Below, piece by piece: positions 17,801 to 32,178 of a stretch of 64,000 bases of DNA. The DNA is taken from NCBI RefSeq assembly GCF_009914755.1, contig NC_060929.1. One strand, written 5' to 3'. How positions within the stretch are numbered: position 1 is the stretch's first letter; each line of letters opens with the position of its first letter. A program made the translations under genes and the position numbers. Under the pieces are notes generated by a model that searched no databases, was not told where the DNA came from, and saw only the letters and a list, made by a program, of their open reading frames with translations. Origin of the DNA: the human T2T-CHM13v2.0 reference genome, Homo sapiens.

Positions 17801-19628
17801 AGGACACACGTACTGCCTGTTGCCATTCTTTCATGCTGCCCCATTTGATTTTCATGTTGTCTCATTTGTGGAGGAATGCTATCCCATCTGGCTTTCCAGA
17901 AGACTGGGTAGAATATAGGAACAGTCATGTCCTCATTTCATAACTGCAGTAAGTGAAGCCCAGGCGCACTGAGTCATCACACAGCTGGTATACCACAGGC
18001 TTCTTATCCTCGGCTTCCTCTGCCCTTTGTCTCAGGCACACAAAACCTCAACACTCTCAGGCAACAGAGTCTGTAACGAAGACCACCACTTGGCATGGTT
18101 TCAGTGTCCTAACAGTGATTCTACGCAAGGCTGACACACAATCCTGCTCCACCCACTCAGGTAGGAGATTCCACATTCAAATAAAACAACAGCAAAAACT
18201 TCCCGGTTTTTATAGGGGGGAAAAAAAAGCCAATCCCTAAATTATGCCCCACTATTCAACTTTGGCTCCTTTGTTTTTTAATACAGTATAAGTTATATTT
18301 TCTAGCAATTATTATTTGAGAAGTTCTAGAAAGGAGCATTTCCACACAACAAAAACTAGAATATTCTTTTTATATATACCAACACTTGGAATAGTCTTTT
18401 TAATTCTTTTTGCTGCCTAATGAATACTTATTGGATTTTTAAACTCAGTAAGCTACTTCTTTATTTGAGGTGTGGAGAAACTCAGCAGCTGCTGCTTCAG
18501 TAGCATACAACTGTTAAATTATTACAACTACTTCTATTCCTTCCATTTTCTTCCTTCATTATTAGTAATAAAATGAAGGTATTTCTTATAGTCAGTCATC
18601 TAAAGTCCTTGCCATATGAATTGTAGAAAAACAGAAACCAAACGAGGCAAGTCTAAATACCTTGAACTTTGCTAGCAATATTAAGTTAAAATGTCTGTTG
18701 CAAAGCCAATTAAAGTTGGTCCCAAAGACTCACATTTTCCAGTCTGCTGGCATGGTTGATGCTTGTTGGCAAAGATGCCGAATAGAGTCTTCTTACTAAA
18801 TAGGACAAATGATGACAATGGTAGACACTGCAAGCTAACCATTATGGAAGAATTTCACCACTTTAAAGGGTCTGCAGGCCACGAAGAAATGATACAGCAG
18901 AAAAAGACCACCAGAAAATGCTGACATCTCTGAGCCCTGCTTTTTGACTCTGCATCCCACACCTCCTGGACAAAGTGGGAGACTTAGGCTTGAATCCTAA
19001 ATACTCTATGCCCACATGTAAGCCATTATGGATAACTGTGCTTGAAACTTAATTCCACATCTGCTCTTCTGCAGCCTTTGGAAATCTTATGAATTTCTCT
19101 GACAATTGTTTGCAAAGGCCATAATCACAGGCATCTGTAACTGGATCCCCAGCTACAGGACAAAACACCACATAATCCTAAGAGGCTTTCAGTCAAATCT
19201 TACTTGGTTTCTTGTGTCTTTTGCTGTCTTTAAAATTGCACTAAGCCTTCAATTTACAGAAAGCGCCGATTAGCATTGGTCTGAAGGTGGCCCAAGCCCT
19301 CTTTATCGTCCCTACCACACAGCCAGTGCAAATCCTTATCATCTCCCTTCTGGCTGTGGCCTCCCTGGCCCACCTTCAGAAAGAAGCCTTATGGCTCTGG
19401 AGGAAGCAATCTGAGCTAAGGGCAAGTGAGGTCCCAGGGCCAGTTCATGTTCTCTGCCCCTCCCTCCGGTGGTTCCAGAATCGCAGGAGACATGAGGATG
19501 TACCCTGGTTCCAAGTGGCCAAGAAAATAGATGCATTGGTACTTTTCCAGTTCTTTCACTTGAGTCACTCAGAAGCTGGATCTATCTTTTCTAATTCTAG
19601 CTGGCCAACAGCCTGACAGAGACCTTAA

Positions 19629-19830
<202 letters not shown>

Positions 19831-20169
19831 TATCTTAAAAAATTTAACAGCAAACATTTCTTTAAAAAAATTTCTGAACTCTTCTATCTTTCATTCTATA
19901 AACACTCACAAGAGTCAAGTGGAAAAAGTTCTTGTACCAACAAGGCCACATATTGATTTAGTAACCTTGGGCAAATAACACCTCCATCTGGGTACCTTAG
20001 TTTTCTAATCTAATGTCTAGCCATCTCCTATTTTTTTTAATGAGAAACAAAGTTAACAATGTACATAGAAGTGTTCTTCAAAGGATGAAGCTCTGTAAAT
20101 AATCTAAGATATCATTACTGCTGTTATCCTCTTCAAAAGCTCCATGCTGATGTTTAAGAGCTCTGAGGC

Positions 20170-20335
20170 CAGCCAGGCAGGGTTGATAAAAGTTACTTAA
20201 CCTCTCTAGCCTCAATTTTCTCATCTGCAAAGTGGAGATAAAATAACAGTCCCTGACACTGTTAGTGTGAGGAAGGAATAAGTAACTGCAAAGAGAGCAC
20301 TTAAAACAGTGCCTGACTCAATAAATGGTACCTAA
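20170..20335 (+). mobile_element. MIR
   Basis: aagttacttaacctctct..cctcaattttctcatctgcaaagtggagataa core. Confidence 0.7.
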
Positions 20336-20406
20336 TGTAAGTTACTCTCCTTATTCATAGTGAATCCTGTGTTCTTGTTTCATCAGCCCCTTTCAAAATA
20401 ACTTAC

Positions 20407-20434
20407 CTTTTTCAAGCCATTCTGTTTCAATGTG
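20407..20434 (-). other. Candidate 28-nt microexon of the inferred minus-strand host gene
   Basis: Minus strand: ccctccccttttcttAG|CACATTGAAACAGAATGGCTTGAAAAAG|GTAAGT. Confidence 0.35.
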
Positions 20435-20464
20435 CTAAGAAAAGGGGAGGGACTAATATATATT

Positions 20465-20620
20465 GTTACATATCTCATTTAATCCTGCCAACCATAATGT
20501 GTGGCAGGTTTTATTATCCCCTTTTTCCATGAAGTTCAGAAAGGTCAAGTGGCTGTCAGGTGGCAGCCAGGATTCAAAGTCAGGCCTGGATGACCCAGAC
20601 TGTGCTTTCCATTGCATCCA
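20465..20620 (-). mobile_element. MIR
   Basis: tctcatttaatcct...attatcccctttt...gccaggattcaaa..caggcctg. Confidence 0.65.
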
Positions 20621-20681
20621 GTTGCCATTGAGATACAAAGTGGGAGAATAATAAAGGCATTTCTAAAAAAAATTAGAAGTT

Positions 20682-20976
<295 letters not shown>

Positions 20977-21694
20977 TTAGAAGTCATCTAATTTATATAG
21001 GAAGTGTGATTCAAAGTCATTGCAAAAAAACAGCATTAGATTTGGACTTAAGCTGTGAGGACAGTTCAAATGGTGTCTACTCTTGCCCGCCTTTCCCTGT
21101 CCCTCCTCAACCTGCACCCGCATGAATAGGTGAGCAGAGATGTCTGCTACAGGGCCAGCCTTGTGCACTTCTCTACAGCACTCACCACCCAGCAGCATAC
21201 GTGCTGGTTCATGTCTGCCTCCTCCAGCAGACCATGGGTTGGCTCCTTGAGGACGGCCACTATGTCTGGTTCACCTCATATGCTCAAGGCCTCGCCTGAT
21301 GCCCAGTCCAGAGCAGGACACAACACAGTTAACTGAATAAATGCATGAATGGTGGCCATCCAGATAGTCCCTGATGCACCAAGGATTGGTTCATTTGACA
21401 ATTATTGTAAGTTAAAAGGGGCCCAAAATTAAACCTAGCCCCTGCAGGTGGTCATCTCAGAATATGACCTGTGTCACATGTAAGACCACCTCTTGTAAAC
21501 GGCATTTCATTAGTCTACGTAATTAGATATCCATATAACTAAAATATATTTATATCATTATGAAACTTGCCTGCTACGAAATGCTCTTGCATCATTATAC
21601 AAACACCCACACTTTCACACACATGGCTCTACTAGAGCTCGTTCCTCATGATAGCTCTTTTTCATCCCTTTTGGTCCAGGAAGACCTAGCCAGG

Positions 21695-21721
21695 AACAAC
21701 AACAACAACAACAACAACAAA
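21695..21721. repeat. (AAC)n trinucleotide repeat
   Basis: aacaacaac... about 8 units. Confidence 0.9.
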
Positions 21722-24081
21722 CGGGCAACAGTGTTAGAGGTATGTTGTAATGAAAAGCTACTTTCAGGTCATTATCTTTCCGCCTTGACAAGTATCTGGC
21801 AAGAGAGCAGATACAAACATAAGCAAAATGAAATCAAGGTCTTTATACTGTACCTAGAACTTTAAAGTCACTTTACCTTGCCTCTTCATTTTTTCTAACT
21901 ATATTGAAATCATTTTTCCTTCTGATTTCACATATTTTTTTAACAACTAATAAATACTATAAGTAAAGTTTGTACCAAAGATAGTGTGGTGGGATGTTAT
22001 TCAATTTTTTTTTCCAGTTTAGAACTGGGTCTTCCTCCTGAGAAGAATCACAGAGGCATACAATTCTCTCTTAAAATTTAAGTGTAAAATTGTTGGACAA
22101 TTTATTTTTTGAAACATCTATGATGTTACTCTTGGATTTAATAAAAGTCAATGTACTCATGCTACGAAGGGCCTTTTACCCAGAATACATTTATATTTCA
22201 CTAAACAGTCATACGAAACCTAGAAATAGTTGTATCATCCATGCTGGAACATTTAGTCTTACCAAAATAATGTAGAACAGCGTAAAGTCATAATACGTCT
22301 CTAGAAGATGTTCTCTAAATGGATAATGCAGATCATGTTTTTTGTTACCACTGGTTTATAGCTAAGAATGTTTCCTAGTCTCTCAAAGGCCTCCGATTCT
22401 ATTTAGGGATCTTTGACCCTTTATACCTGGGGGTTTGTGACATTTCTGAGAAAATCAAACTGTTTACCAGTAAAAATTAGACAAATATTTCTGAGCCAAA
22501 TATTTCTATTTTTTTGCCATAAAGTTAGCCAAATATTTAACCTAGTGACAAAATGAATGCACTAATTTGTGGTGGAAGAGGGAAATCTGACTTCCTACTT
22601 TTGTAAAATCTCCTCAGGCTTAGTCCCTATCTATACAGAAAGAAACTCCCAGGAAGTAAAACGCTAATGACTTGGTGTGTACATGTAAGTTTACAGAAAA
22701 AAATGAAGACGAGGGCCTAACCCCCTAATGACCAATGTTTGTTCCCATGACCAAACAACAAATGAAATTCAAAGAACGGGGGAAGCAGTTGACCTCAAGT
22801 GCCCTGCAACATTTTTCCCTTTGCAGCTTTTGAAACCGTTTAGTTTCTTTATCTTTATTAGGACATTTTCCTCATCAAATTAATGAGTCACTAAACAAAA
22901 GGCTTACTAAAATGTTTACCTCTGAGAATAAACTATCTGGTAAGACTCTAGGAGAAAAGACGAGTCATAATTTGCCATTGCTTTTCAATGAAATCATCTG
23001 GGAAAAGCAAGGCAGAAAGTGGGGGTAGGAAGAGAGGATGACAACATAAAATTCAAAGCAAATCCCGAGGCCAACTCTGAGAAAATGTTTGTGATCCTTT
23101 GTGTCCTGTAATCCTTGACATTGTCGCGTCTACCCTCCTGCCTTTATGGAACACTTTCTTTCTGACAATTATTAAATAAGACATTCTTGTGGAACACTTA
23201 GCTTTGTTAAAACCAACTCTGGTACAAGGGAAAGGAGGGGAGGAGAAGCCAGGAGACCTTGTGCCATGGGGGCTGCAGAAACAGAAAGGAAGCTTACTAG
23301 TTGAGGCAGCAAGAGCAAACACAAGGCACATGTAGAACACGGATAGGAGAAAAATAAAGGGCAGCACATATAATCACCAGGTTTTCTTATTGTTCTTTCT
23401 GGGCACACACAACTGGCATGAACATGTGGTTGACAGGTCTGAGAACTGATTCCTAGAGACAGAGCTGGCGCAGGAGGGCTGGGAAGTGGGCACTATCTGC
23501 TCCATCTGGAGAGTGTCTGAAAGACGTGGTTCCCTTCAACTCATTTTCATTTGATGGTCTTTTCCCAGTGCTCAAGAGCACAGTCTTCAATTAACAGGCA
23601 GTACAATAGTCCTTTAACAAGCAACATGGACCTACAATGAGGGGTCAAAGAGAAGTCAAATGCGTGGCAACAGAACTCCAGCCAGGAAATTCTGGAAGAC
23701 TTCAGAAGTACTCAGACACGGCAAGGCATTCTCTCCCAAACGCTCAGGAAGGACAGAGAGCACCTCTCTCAAAGGAGTGCGGGATGGATGCCTCAGATTT
23801 CAGAGGTAGCCTCTGCAGATCCACAGCAAATTCTACTGAGGGAATTCTTTCCTCTAGAAGACGCTCTAAGAGTAACAAAAAGTAAGAGCTAATTTGGGTT
23901 TGTCTCCTGTGTGGTTTCTACTTCTCAGTGCAAACTGCATAAATTCTCTGCCCAGTGCGGGAAGCAGGGTGCTTTTTCCTTCTCTCTCCACCAAAGTTTC
24001 ACAATTATGTACGAGACTGGCCCTTCTTGAGCATCTTTTGCTTTCTTCACTTCCACTTTCATCTACATTAAGTTCTGCCTG

Positions 24082-24236
24082 ATTACTCTTCAACTTAGTG
24101 AAAAATTCAGATACACACACACACACACACATTACTCTTCAACTTAGTGAAAAATTCAGATACACACACACACACACACACACACACATTACTCTTCAAC
24201 TTAGTGAAAAATTCAGATACACACACACACACACAC
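24082..24236. repeat. Compound minisatellite: 3 x [attactcttcaacttagtgaaaaattcagat + (AC)n]
   Basis: Three identical 31-bp units at 24082, 24131 and 24188, followed by (AC)9, (AC)13 and (AC)9. Confidence 0.95.
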
Positions 24237-24295
24237 AATCAGCTGAATTACTCCTGGCCATCCAGATTACTCTTTCTGAATTTTAAAAATTATTC

Positions 24296-24467
24296 AGAAT
24301 GAGGAGTTATTGTTTCTTGGGTACAGAGTTTCAGTTTTGCAAGATAAAAGAGTTCTGGAGCTGGTGGTGATGGTTGCACAACAGTGTGAAAACATTCAAT
24401 ACTATGAACTGTATGCTTGAAATGTACATTTTATGTTATGTGTATTTTATCACAATTAAAAACAAAA
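24296..24467 (+). mobile_element. Old L1M (L1MB-like) 3' end
   Basis: gggtacagagtttcagttttgcaagataaaagagttctggag...ggtgatggttgcacaaca...ttttatgttatgtgtattttatcacaattaaaa. Confidence 0.8.
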
Positions 24468-26944
24468 GCCAACAGGTGCTCCCATGCCTGGTTTTGGCAA
24501 CTCGCGCATAATCTCTGTCCCCGGTGTCTGGTTGGAAGCAGTCACTACACAGCAGTTCCAGGACACTACCGGGTGCTGACATTCACGGGGGGCGAAAGGA
24601 GATGCCAGCTGCTGCTCACAGTGAGTGCTTTTCCCGGGGAGCAGACACAGTATCTGCATCAGACACTCCTGATTCACTTCTCATCCCCATGGGAATCAGG
24701 AGAAAGATTTCACAGCCCTCAAGTAAGACATCTAGGTTCCTGGAATTAAGGAAAAGAAGAGCTAAAGTCAAGAGTGCAAGGTCCTGAGATCCCTGGTGAC
24801 ATCTTTCCACCTCTTGTTTTCGATTGAGGAAGACAGCCTGGGGACTTAAAGGCCCCAGCTGTCTCTCCCGAGCACCTCTCCCTTCACACTCCAAAAACAG
24901 TATCATTTTCATGACAAAAAGCTCTTTTAAAAAATGCTCCATAAGGTCCTCACAGACCTGGTCCCTGTCTCCAGAAGGTCATGGTTTATGATATACCATT
25001 GTGACCATGCTAGTTGAAACATATGGGTAACAGGTGAGCGTACTAAATCAATATTTGAACAAGCAATGATGTATTTATAGTACATCTGGTAGTGGTCAAG
25101 GATACACTCTTTGGGAGAAGAGGCAACCTGAGAAGTAACCAGACCAGAGACTGGAAGGACCAAGTGTGTGTGGAAGAACCTGAGAGCTCCATACACAGCC
25201 TAGAGGAGCAAGGCTGGACCAATTGTCTATGAAGGCCTCACTCACAAACCAGACGGCATGACTGTCCCCAGTCCTTCCCTACTCTGAAACCTATCCACAA
25301 GCTGACCCAGGGAACCCTGCTTGATGAGGCAAGAAGGAGGGGGGATGGAGAGGATATCTCATTCCTATTCGTCTTCAAGGTAACACACACAAAAATAGCA
25401 AACTCTTGCATACTGCTTGTTATGAACACTCTTCCAATAACTCGTAGATAGGAACTCATTTAAGCCTCACCAGCCCAGGTACTATTTTATGCACTGACAG
25501 AGAAACCAAGATAGAAAAAGGTTAAGGAGCTTGCCCAAGGTTTCAGAGCTAGTTAAGTATGGGGGCCAGACAGTTATCCTGGCTCTTAGCCTTTATGCAA
25601 TCCTGCTTCTCTAAAACAATGGCTATTTCTGTAACACTAGACAAGAAGAGAGGCTTAAAGACATTCGGCCCTATGTAGCATGTTAACTCTGTTCCCCTAT
25701 TTTTAGGGGGAGAGGCAGCATAGCTTTGTATAGACATCCTCCGACTCAACTTGGGCAGGATGTCAGCTAACTGTGTGGCCTTGGACACATTAATTAACTA
25801 TTAGCTATTCACTGTATCTGTAATATACGCTGTCTAATGTATCTGTAAGGGTTAAATCAAGTTTCTAGCACATACATAATAGATAGAAGCTATTATTCAC
25901 CCAGGTGAAAGCTCTAAAAACAAGCAGCTGACACACAGCCACCATCTAACAAATTAATCAAAATCCTGTAATAAAGTAATAGTGGCTATAAGCTTAAACT
26001 GGCACACAGCAGTCAGTTCATAGCCAGAGCCCTACAAATCATGAACAGTTCCTTCACTACACTGTTTGGGTAGGGATTCTATAATTTTTCCTAAGTGTTC
26101 CCCTGGGATAAGAACCAAGACACAAGAAAGAGAAAAGGGACAAACTTACAAGTTAGCAGAATGTTTTACTTGAAAACACAGTGCAAAAGTTGAAGGTAAA
26201 AAAACTTGACATTTTATAATAGTCTTTGTTTGATTCTAGAAAGCCAAACAGTCCCTAATTACTAAATCACATATAGAATGGACATAGCCGCCAACGACCA
26301 AAGAAAGAATATAAATTGCATGTCACATCTCAACTTCAGAGAGAAACCATCTGATGTGGCTAGCCTTCTGAGTGGGTGCTAGCACTGTGTTCTTTCCTTG
26401 CTCTTAGAATAGAGTCTGGGGACCAGCCTGGCTGGCCTAGCTATCTCTCAGGGACCAGATAGCAAACTTTGTACCCTGTGTGTTTCGAATTCACACTCAA
26501 GAATGTGAAAATAATCAGCTATGCCATCTCAACATGCACTGATGAACAGTTTTCAGGACTGCTTCAAACCAGGAACTAAGGTAAAATAACAAGTTAGACA
26601 AGCCATGTGCAGACATCCCGCCTCCAGTCAGGACGTGGGGATTCTCCTTCCTGGAGACAGACTATATTTTTACAACAGGCTTTTCTATTTTCCTTACAGA
26701 TTGCTTCAACTATAACAGCACAAACCAAACATCTGAAATAATGAGTCATACTGGCTTGAATCCGAAGCACCAGGTCAAATGCAGTTTAAGCCACGTCAGT
26801 GCTTAAAGGCAACCCTCATGTGGTGAGTGGACAGATTTCTGCCACCAGAAATCTATAAGCCCTTTCCACCTAGGTGAACAATGTCTCAGTGTGGGAGGCA
26901 AGACAAGTGTTTCTAGCTGTTCAGGACCAGGCTAGGAGAATCTT

Positions 26945-27252
26945 CTTTCTTCCTTTCCTTTTTTTAGACAGGGTCTCACTCTGTCACCCAAGGTAAGTGC
27001 AGCAGCGTGACCACTGCTTACTGCAGCCTTGAACTCCTGGGGTCAAGCAATTCTCCCGCCTCAGCCTCCGGAACAGCTGGGACTACAGGCTTAAGCCACT
27101 ACACGTGGCTAATTTTTTAAAATTTTTTTTGTAAAGGCAGGGTCTCACTATGTTGACCAGGCCTGTCTTGAACTCCTGGCCTCAAGCAATCCTCCTGCCT
27201 TTGCCTCCCAAAGTGCTGAAATTATAGGTGTGAGCCACTGCAGCACCCAGCT
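26945..27252 (-). mobile_element. AluJ
   Basis: Diverged full dimer with J-type gcagccttgaactcctgg and gggtctcactatgttg. Confidence 0.9.
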
Positions 27253-28754
27253 GTTCCTTCTTTCTTAAATTGCCTCTCTTTGGAGGGGATTCCTGATGAG
27301 GAAAAAACAAAAAAGAAACTCAAAAACTTACAGCATTTTTTCCTATAAGCATTCTGGTAAAGGGGAGTCCAAGAGAAAGGAGGTTTAAATGAACAATAAT
27401 GGTATTAAGTAGCATTACAAATATTATTTGTGGATTTAAGTTAAATTTGTTCTTGATTCTATGAAATATGAAAGTCAAAACATTCTTTCATCAGTTAAAA
27501 AAAGCAGCCCTCTCTGCAGCTGTTCTAGACCGAAGATGACAAAGTTTATAATAAATTATAAGCAACCCTCATGACATCTAAATTATACATTTATTTTCCT
27601 CCTTCACAATATCATTATAATGTCTCCAATTAAAGCCAGACAAATTTTGGAAATTGAATTGAAAAGATATACAGTTACAAGAACTTCTCAAGAAAGATGC
27701 AAGGAGAAAGGGTCCTCATCCCAAAAGATTGGACTTGCAGGAAACACAAGCTCACATCATCCTACAGAAGGTAAGCAGCTGCCTAGAGGACGACCTTTCT
27801 GATAAAAGAGTAAAGCATGCAGGCATGAACGAATCAATGAACATTTGAATGAAATAGCCCTGGGATCACAAAGTTCCAAGAATATTTTTCATGAGTCTCA
27901 CAGTGCCCAGTTTTCCTTTAACATAAGTCTGTCTTACCTTTTCTAAGACATACCTAATGTGATAAAGAGAAACCTAGTAAAAATGATTGACCTTCCTTGG
28001 CAATCTTTGTGACTCTTACCTATTCATTCCAACTCTGCTTAGGGATAAAAGTGTCACGTGCCTGTCTGAAATTGTCTCCTATAGCCATGTCTGAATTATC
28101 CAAAAGTCAGGACACCTCCCCGCCATGGTCCCAGAACCCAGCTAGGAACCCAGAAAAGCAATCTACCAAGGAAATGCTGCCCAAAGCCCAGCAAGCCACA
28201 TTCTGATGCTGGTAGGTTGTCAGTCATAAGCAAAAATCCAGAAAATACAAATCTTCCTTTGATAATAATATTGACAGTTTCTTCTGCTCCCAAATTTTTG
28301 CCTTCTTCCCATTAAACAACAAAAATTAAGTGATCTAGGTTGCCCATGTTGCACAGTCTATACATTCATATGAAACAAAAATTTAACCTCATAAAAAGAA
28401 ATTCAATTACTATTGACTAAACTGCAAAGTAATATTTAACACACCAAACAATAATTTTGTAAGCAAAGCAAATTGCTAAACCTGGTTCTCAGCCATTGTT
28501 TCCATATCACAGTCACCTGTGGGACTCAGGAAAATCACTGATGATCAGCACCACCCTAGGAGAGTAAGGTCTGGTGGGGCTGGGGTGCAGTGGAAACAGC
28601 CCACGAGCGAGGCGCCAAGAGAGCAGCAGTCTAATCCCAGCTAGACTTTGCACTTCCTGTGTGGCCTCTGGGACATCACATCTCTTCCCTGTGTTTCCTC
28701 ACAGGGAGCTCTAAAATGGGGGCATTGTATGAAAAGATAATCTAAGTCTCTTCC

Positions 28755-28861
28755 AGTTTTTTTCAATTTTCTCCCAACCCCAGAGTTTTTTCCACTTAGG
28801 AAACTAACACAAGTTTTTCTAATTTTTTCCCAAACCTAGTGTTTTTTCCACTTAGGAAACT
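28755..28861. repeat. Imperfect tandem duplication, period ~56 bp
   Basis: agttttt..aatttt.tcccaa.cc.ag.gttttttccacttaggaaact occurs twice. Confidence 0.8.
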
Positions 28862-29559
28862 TAAAGGTCTCTTTGTGTGGGACAGAAGCAAGAAAAAATG
28901 AAGACAAATATACCAAAGTGTGTCTCAGAGTAGAATGATTCAACATGACGTAAGAGTTTGTGTGGGAGAGTGGTGAACTGACGTAGCAGATTATGGAAGA
29001 CTGTGAACAAGCAGCTTGGAAAGTCAGGAAACTCTAAGACCCAATTCTTCAATTCTTCCTTCTTTGTTTTTCTTTTTAAGATACAGAACAAAAGAAAAGT
29101 TGGGAGGAAAGAGAAATGAAGTAACAAATAAGTCAGTAGTATTCAATGAACACTTACCAAATGTGCATGATGGTATGTTACAGGAATAAGAAAGAATTTA
29201 AGTGAAGAACAACATGGTCCCTGAACTCAAGCTATTTGTGATGGAATTCAGTGCATCATATGCACTGAATTAGTATCTTCATATGCATTGGTATCACTGG
29301 GCAAGCTTGTTAGAAAATACAGACACCTGGGTCCACACCCCTCTTCCCAAACATTATAAATCCATTTCCAGGATGCAGAGCCAGAAATGTTTTTGTTGCT
29401 CACCAAAACTTGACAACCACAAACTAAATAACAATGGAATCCAACTTTTGAATAATGCAGTTAATACAAAGACCCCTTAAGGCAACCCTGACTTAGTCAT
29501 AGATAGCAAATATAGGTTAAGGCCTGGGTTCCCACCCCATGTGTCAAGATGATCTGGAG

Positions 29560-30082
29560 AGCCACAGCAAACTCACAGGAGCATGAAGGGATACTACAGT
29601 TTTTTAAGGAAAGCATGGTGAAGTGTGGGAATTATACAAACTACTAGTTCAAGTTAATTCACAAAATGCATTACATTCCTTTTGATGACATCATCTCTTT
29701 GTGAAACTGGTTTTTGCAATTACTATGATAATAAGCCAAGCACATTTGAACATCAATGTGGAACAGGAAACCAAGGTGGGAATGTCAAATCTGACTCCTA
29801 GGCTTGCGAAGCCATGAGGTATCCAACAAAGAAACACAGCTCACTAGTAAATGAAGGTGGTTATTCAAGAACAAAGTAAGTTCTAAAATCTTATAAAAAG
29901 AAAAGCATATTTTCTTTCAATTTATACATACTACTTTTTCAAATGGCCATTAAGTTGTTAGAACAGAAGTACCTATTAGGTGGTTTGTATGTAACTCTTA
30001 AACAAAACTGTTAAGTACTTACTTTGAAAAAATTAACTAGACACTTAGAGGACCAAGAACAGAGAAAGTTTGGGATCTTCTG
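29560..30082 (+). mobile_element. hAT-Charlie DNA transposon 3' remnant (Charlie7-like, tentative)
   Basis: Decayed hATC-domain motif (acatcatctctttgtgaaactggtttt, approximately TSxLCETGF), atcaatgtggaacaggaaa, and terminal gagaaagtttgggatcttctg. Confidence 0.7.
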
Positions 30083-30704
30083 GGTCAAGACAACCTTACA
30101 ATGGGATTCTTTTTATAGCATAAAAATTTAATTCACTCCAACAAAATAGATCTCATGTTTCCTTCTGATAGAGAAAGCATTCTAGAGGCATTCCAGAATG
30201 CTGCTTTTCAAAGTATTCTCAAATGAGAACAATGACAATCATGAATATGTCTATCCACTGATTGGTCAATAACTGCATGAATTATTTTCTTCCATGTTAT
30301 ATTTCAAATAGCATTCCAAAGTAAAAATGTATAGATATATTATCTTGTTTTCATAGGAAGCATTATTATACCTGTACAACACCTTCAAATTTACTTCACA
30401 AAATTTGAACATACGGTAATTTCAGTAACAGCCTTCTTAGACAATCCAAGTCCAGTTATCCCTAGCATTCAAGCACTGGTCACAGGAAGTGCTGCGCTCA
30501 CTGCACTTGTTGGTCTGCCTATGTCCCCAGCCAGTCCTACTCATCTCCAGCCCTTGCTTGGCTCAGCCGTACTGTTTTATCACACTGCGTCATTCCCCTA
30601 CCCTCCCAAGTGTTATGGATAAAGTTTTATTTTCTCAATTAATGTAAATTGTACTTTGTTAGAGACGACCATGATTACTAGATATAAAAACTTCCCAAGA
30701 TTGA

Positions 30705-31040
<336 letters not shown>

Positions 31041-31880
31041 CCTACTTCTACCAGGTAGAGCATTATTAATGGAGAGACTATCATGCCTACACACAGATTC
31101 TGCTTGCCAGTTCAACAATTAAGTGAATAAAAAACATAAAGGCTTGCTGCCTAGCCCATGAGATCTTGTCTAGTTGTGACTTAGTACAGATAATGGCAGA
31201 CAATGGGAGACAGCCTTCAGCATGTACAACTGCTTCAACCATTCTGAATGCTTCCCATCCCTTAAAATCTGAGATTTTTCAAACTATTCCCCAAATTATT
31301 GGTAGTTTCTGGAGTTCTCTTTACATAGTACCTGAAAAGACAAATTTTTGAAGTGACGATTCAGAGTCAAATCTCTGACTACAAGAAAATTTTAAGTGAT
31401 CAGGAAAATCTTGTAACTTTATAGCAACTAACCTCTCACTCAGATTAATAATGAACATGCAATATACCCTTCAGAAAGAGCTACTTCCCAAGAAAGCCGG
31501 GGAGATCAAACAACAGCTTATTCATGGTGAAAATTATTTTGAAAGACTAAAGTTGATAGCATTCCACCTACTAAGTTCCTGAATAGTTCTAAAAATTTCA
31601 GGATGAGGTTCTTCAAGATAAGCCTTTCAAGTAAAAAATTTACAAATATATTGTTGTCAAGCGAGCAAACTAGATACCAATTCTAACAAAAGCTCTGTTA
31701 TTTCATGTTATTCTCCCCATAGATGGCCACACCAAAGTTTCAAAGTAAGAGTTTATCAGTAAGCTCTTCAGTTTGGGGTTACAGGTGATTAAAAAAAAAA
31801 TTAAAATTACAGCCTGGCTCAAAAGACAATTCCTCCACTTTCTGAGTTTCAAATATCAAATCATAAAACTTTCAGCAAGA

Positions 31881-32178
<298 letters not shown>

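Noticed and set aside
23866-24132. Protein-looking minus-strand ORF (…VDESGSEESKRCSRRASLV…)
   Set aside because: It begins inside the (TG)n repeat, has no flanking splice sites in suitable positions, and matches no protein I recognise.
24082-24236. CRISPR-like repeat-spacer appearance
   Set aside because: The spacers are just (AC)n, the context is eukaryotic and there are no cas genes; it is a VNTR.
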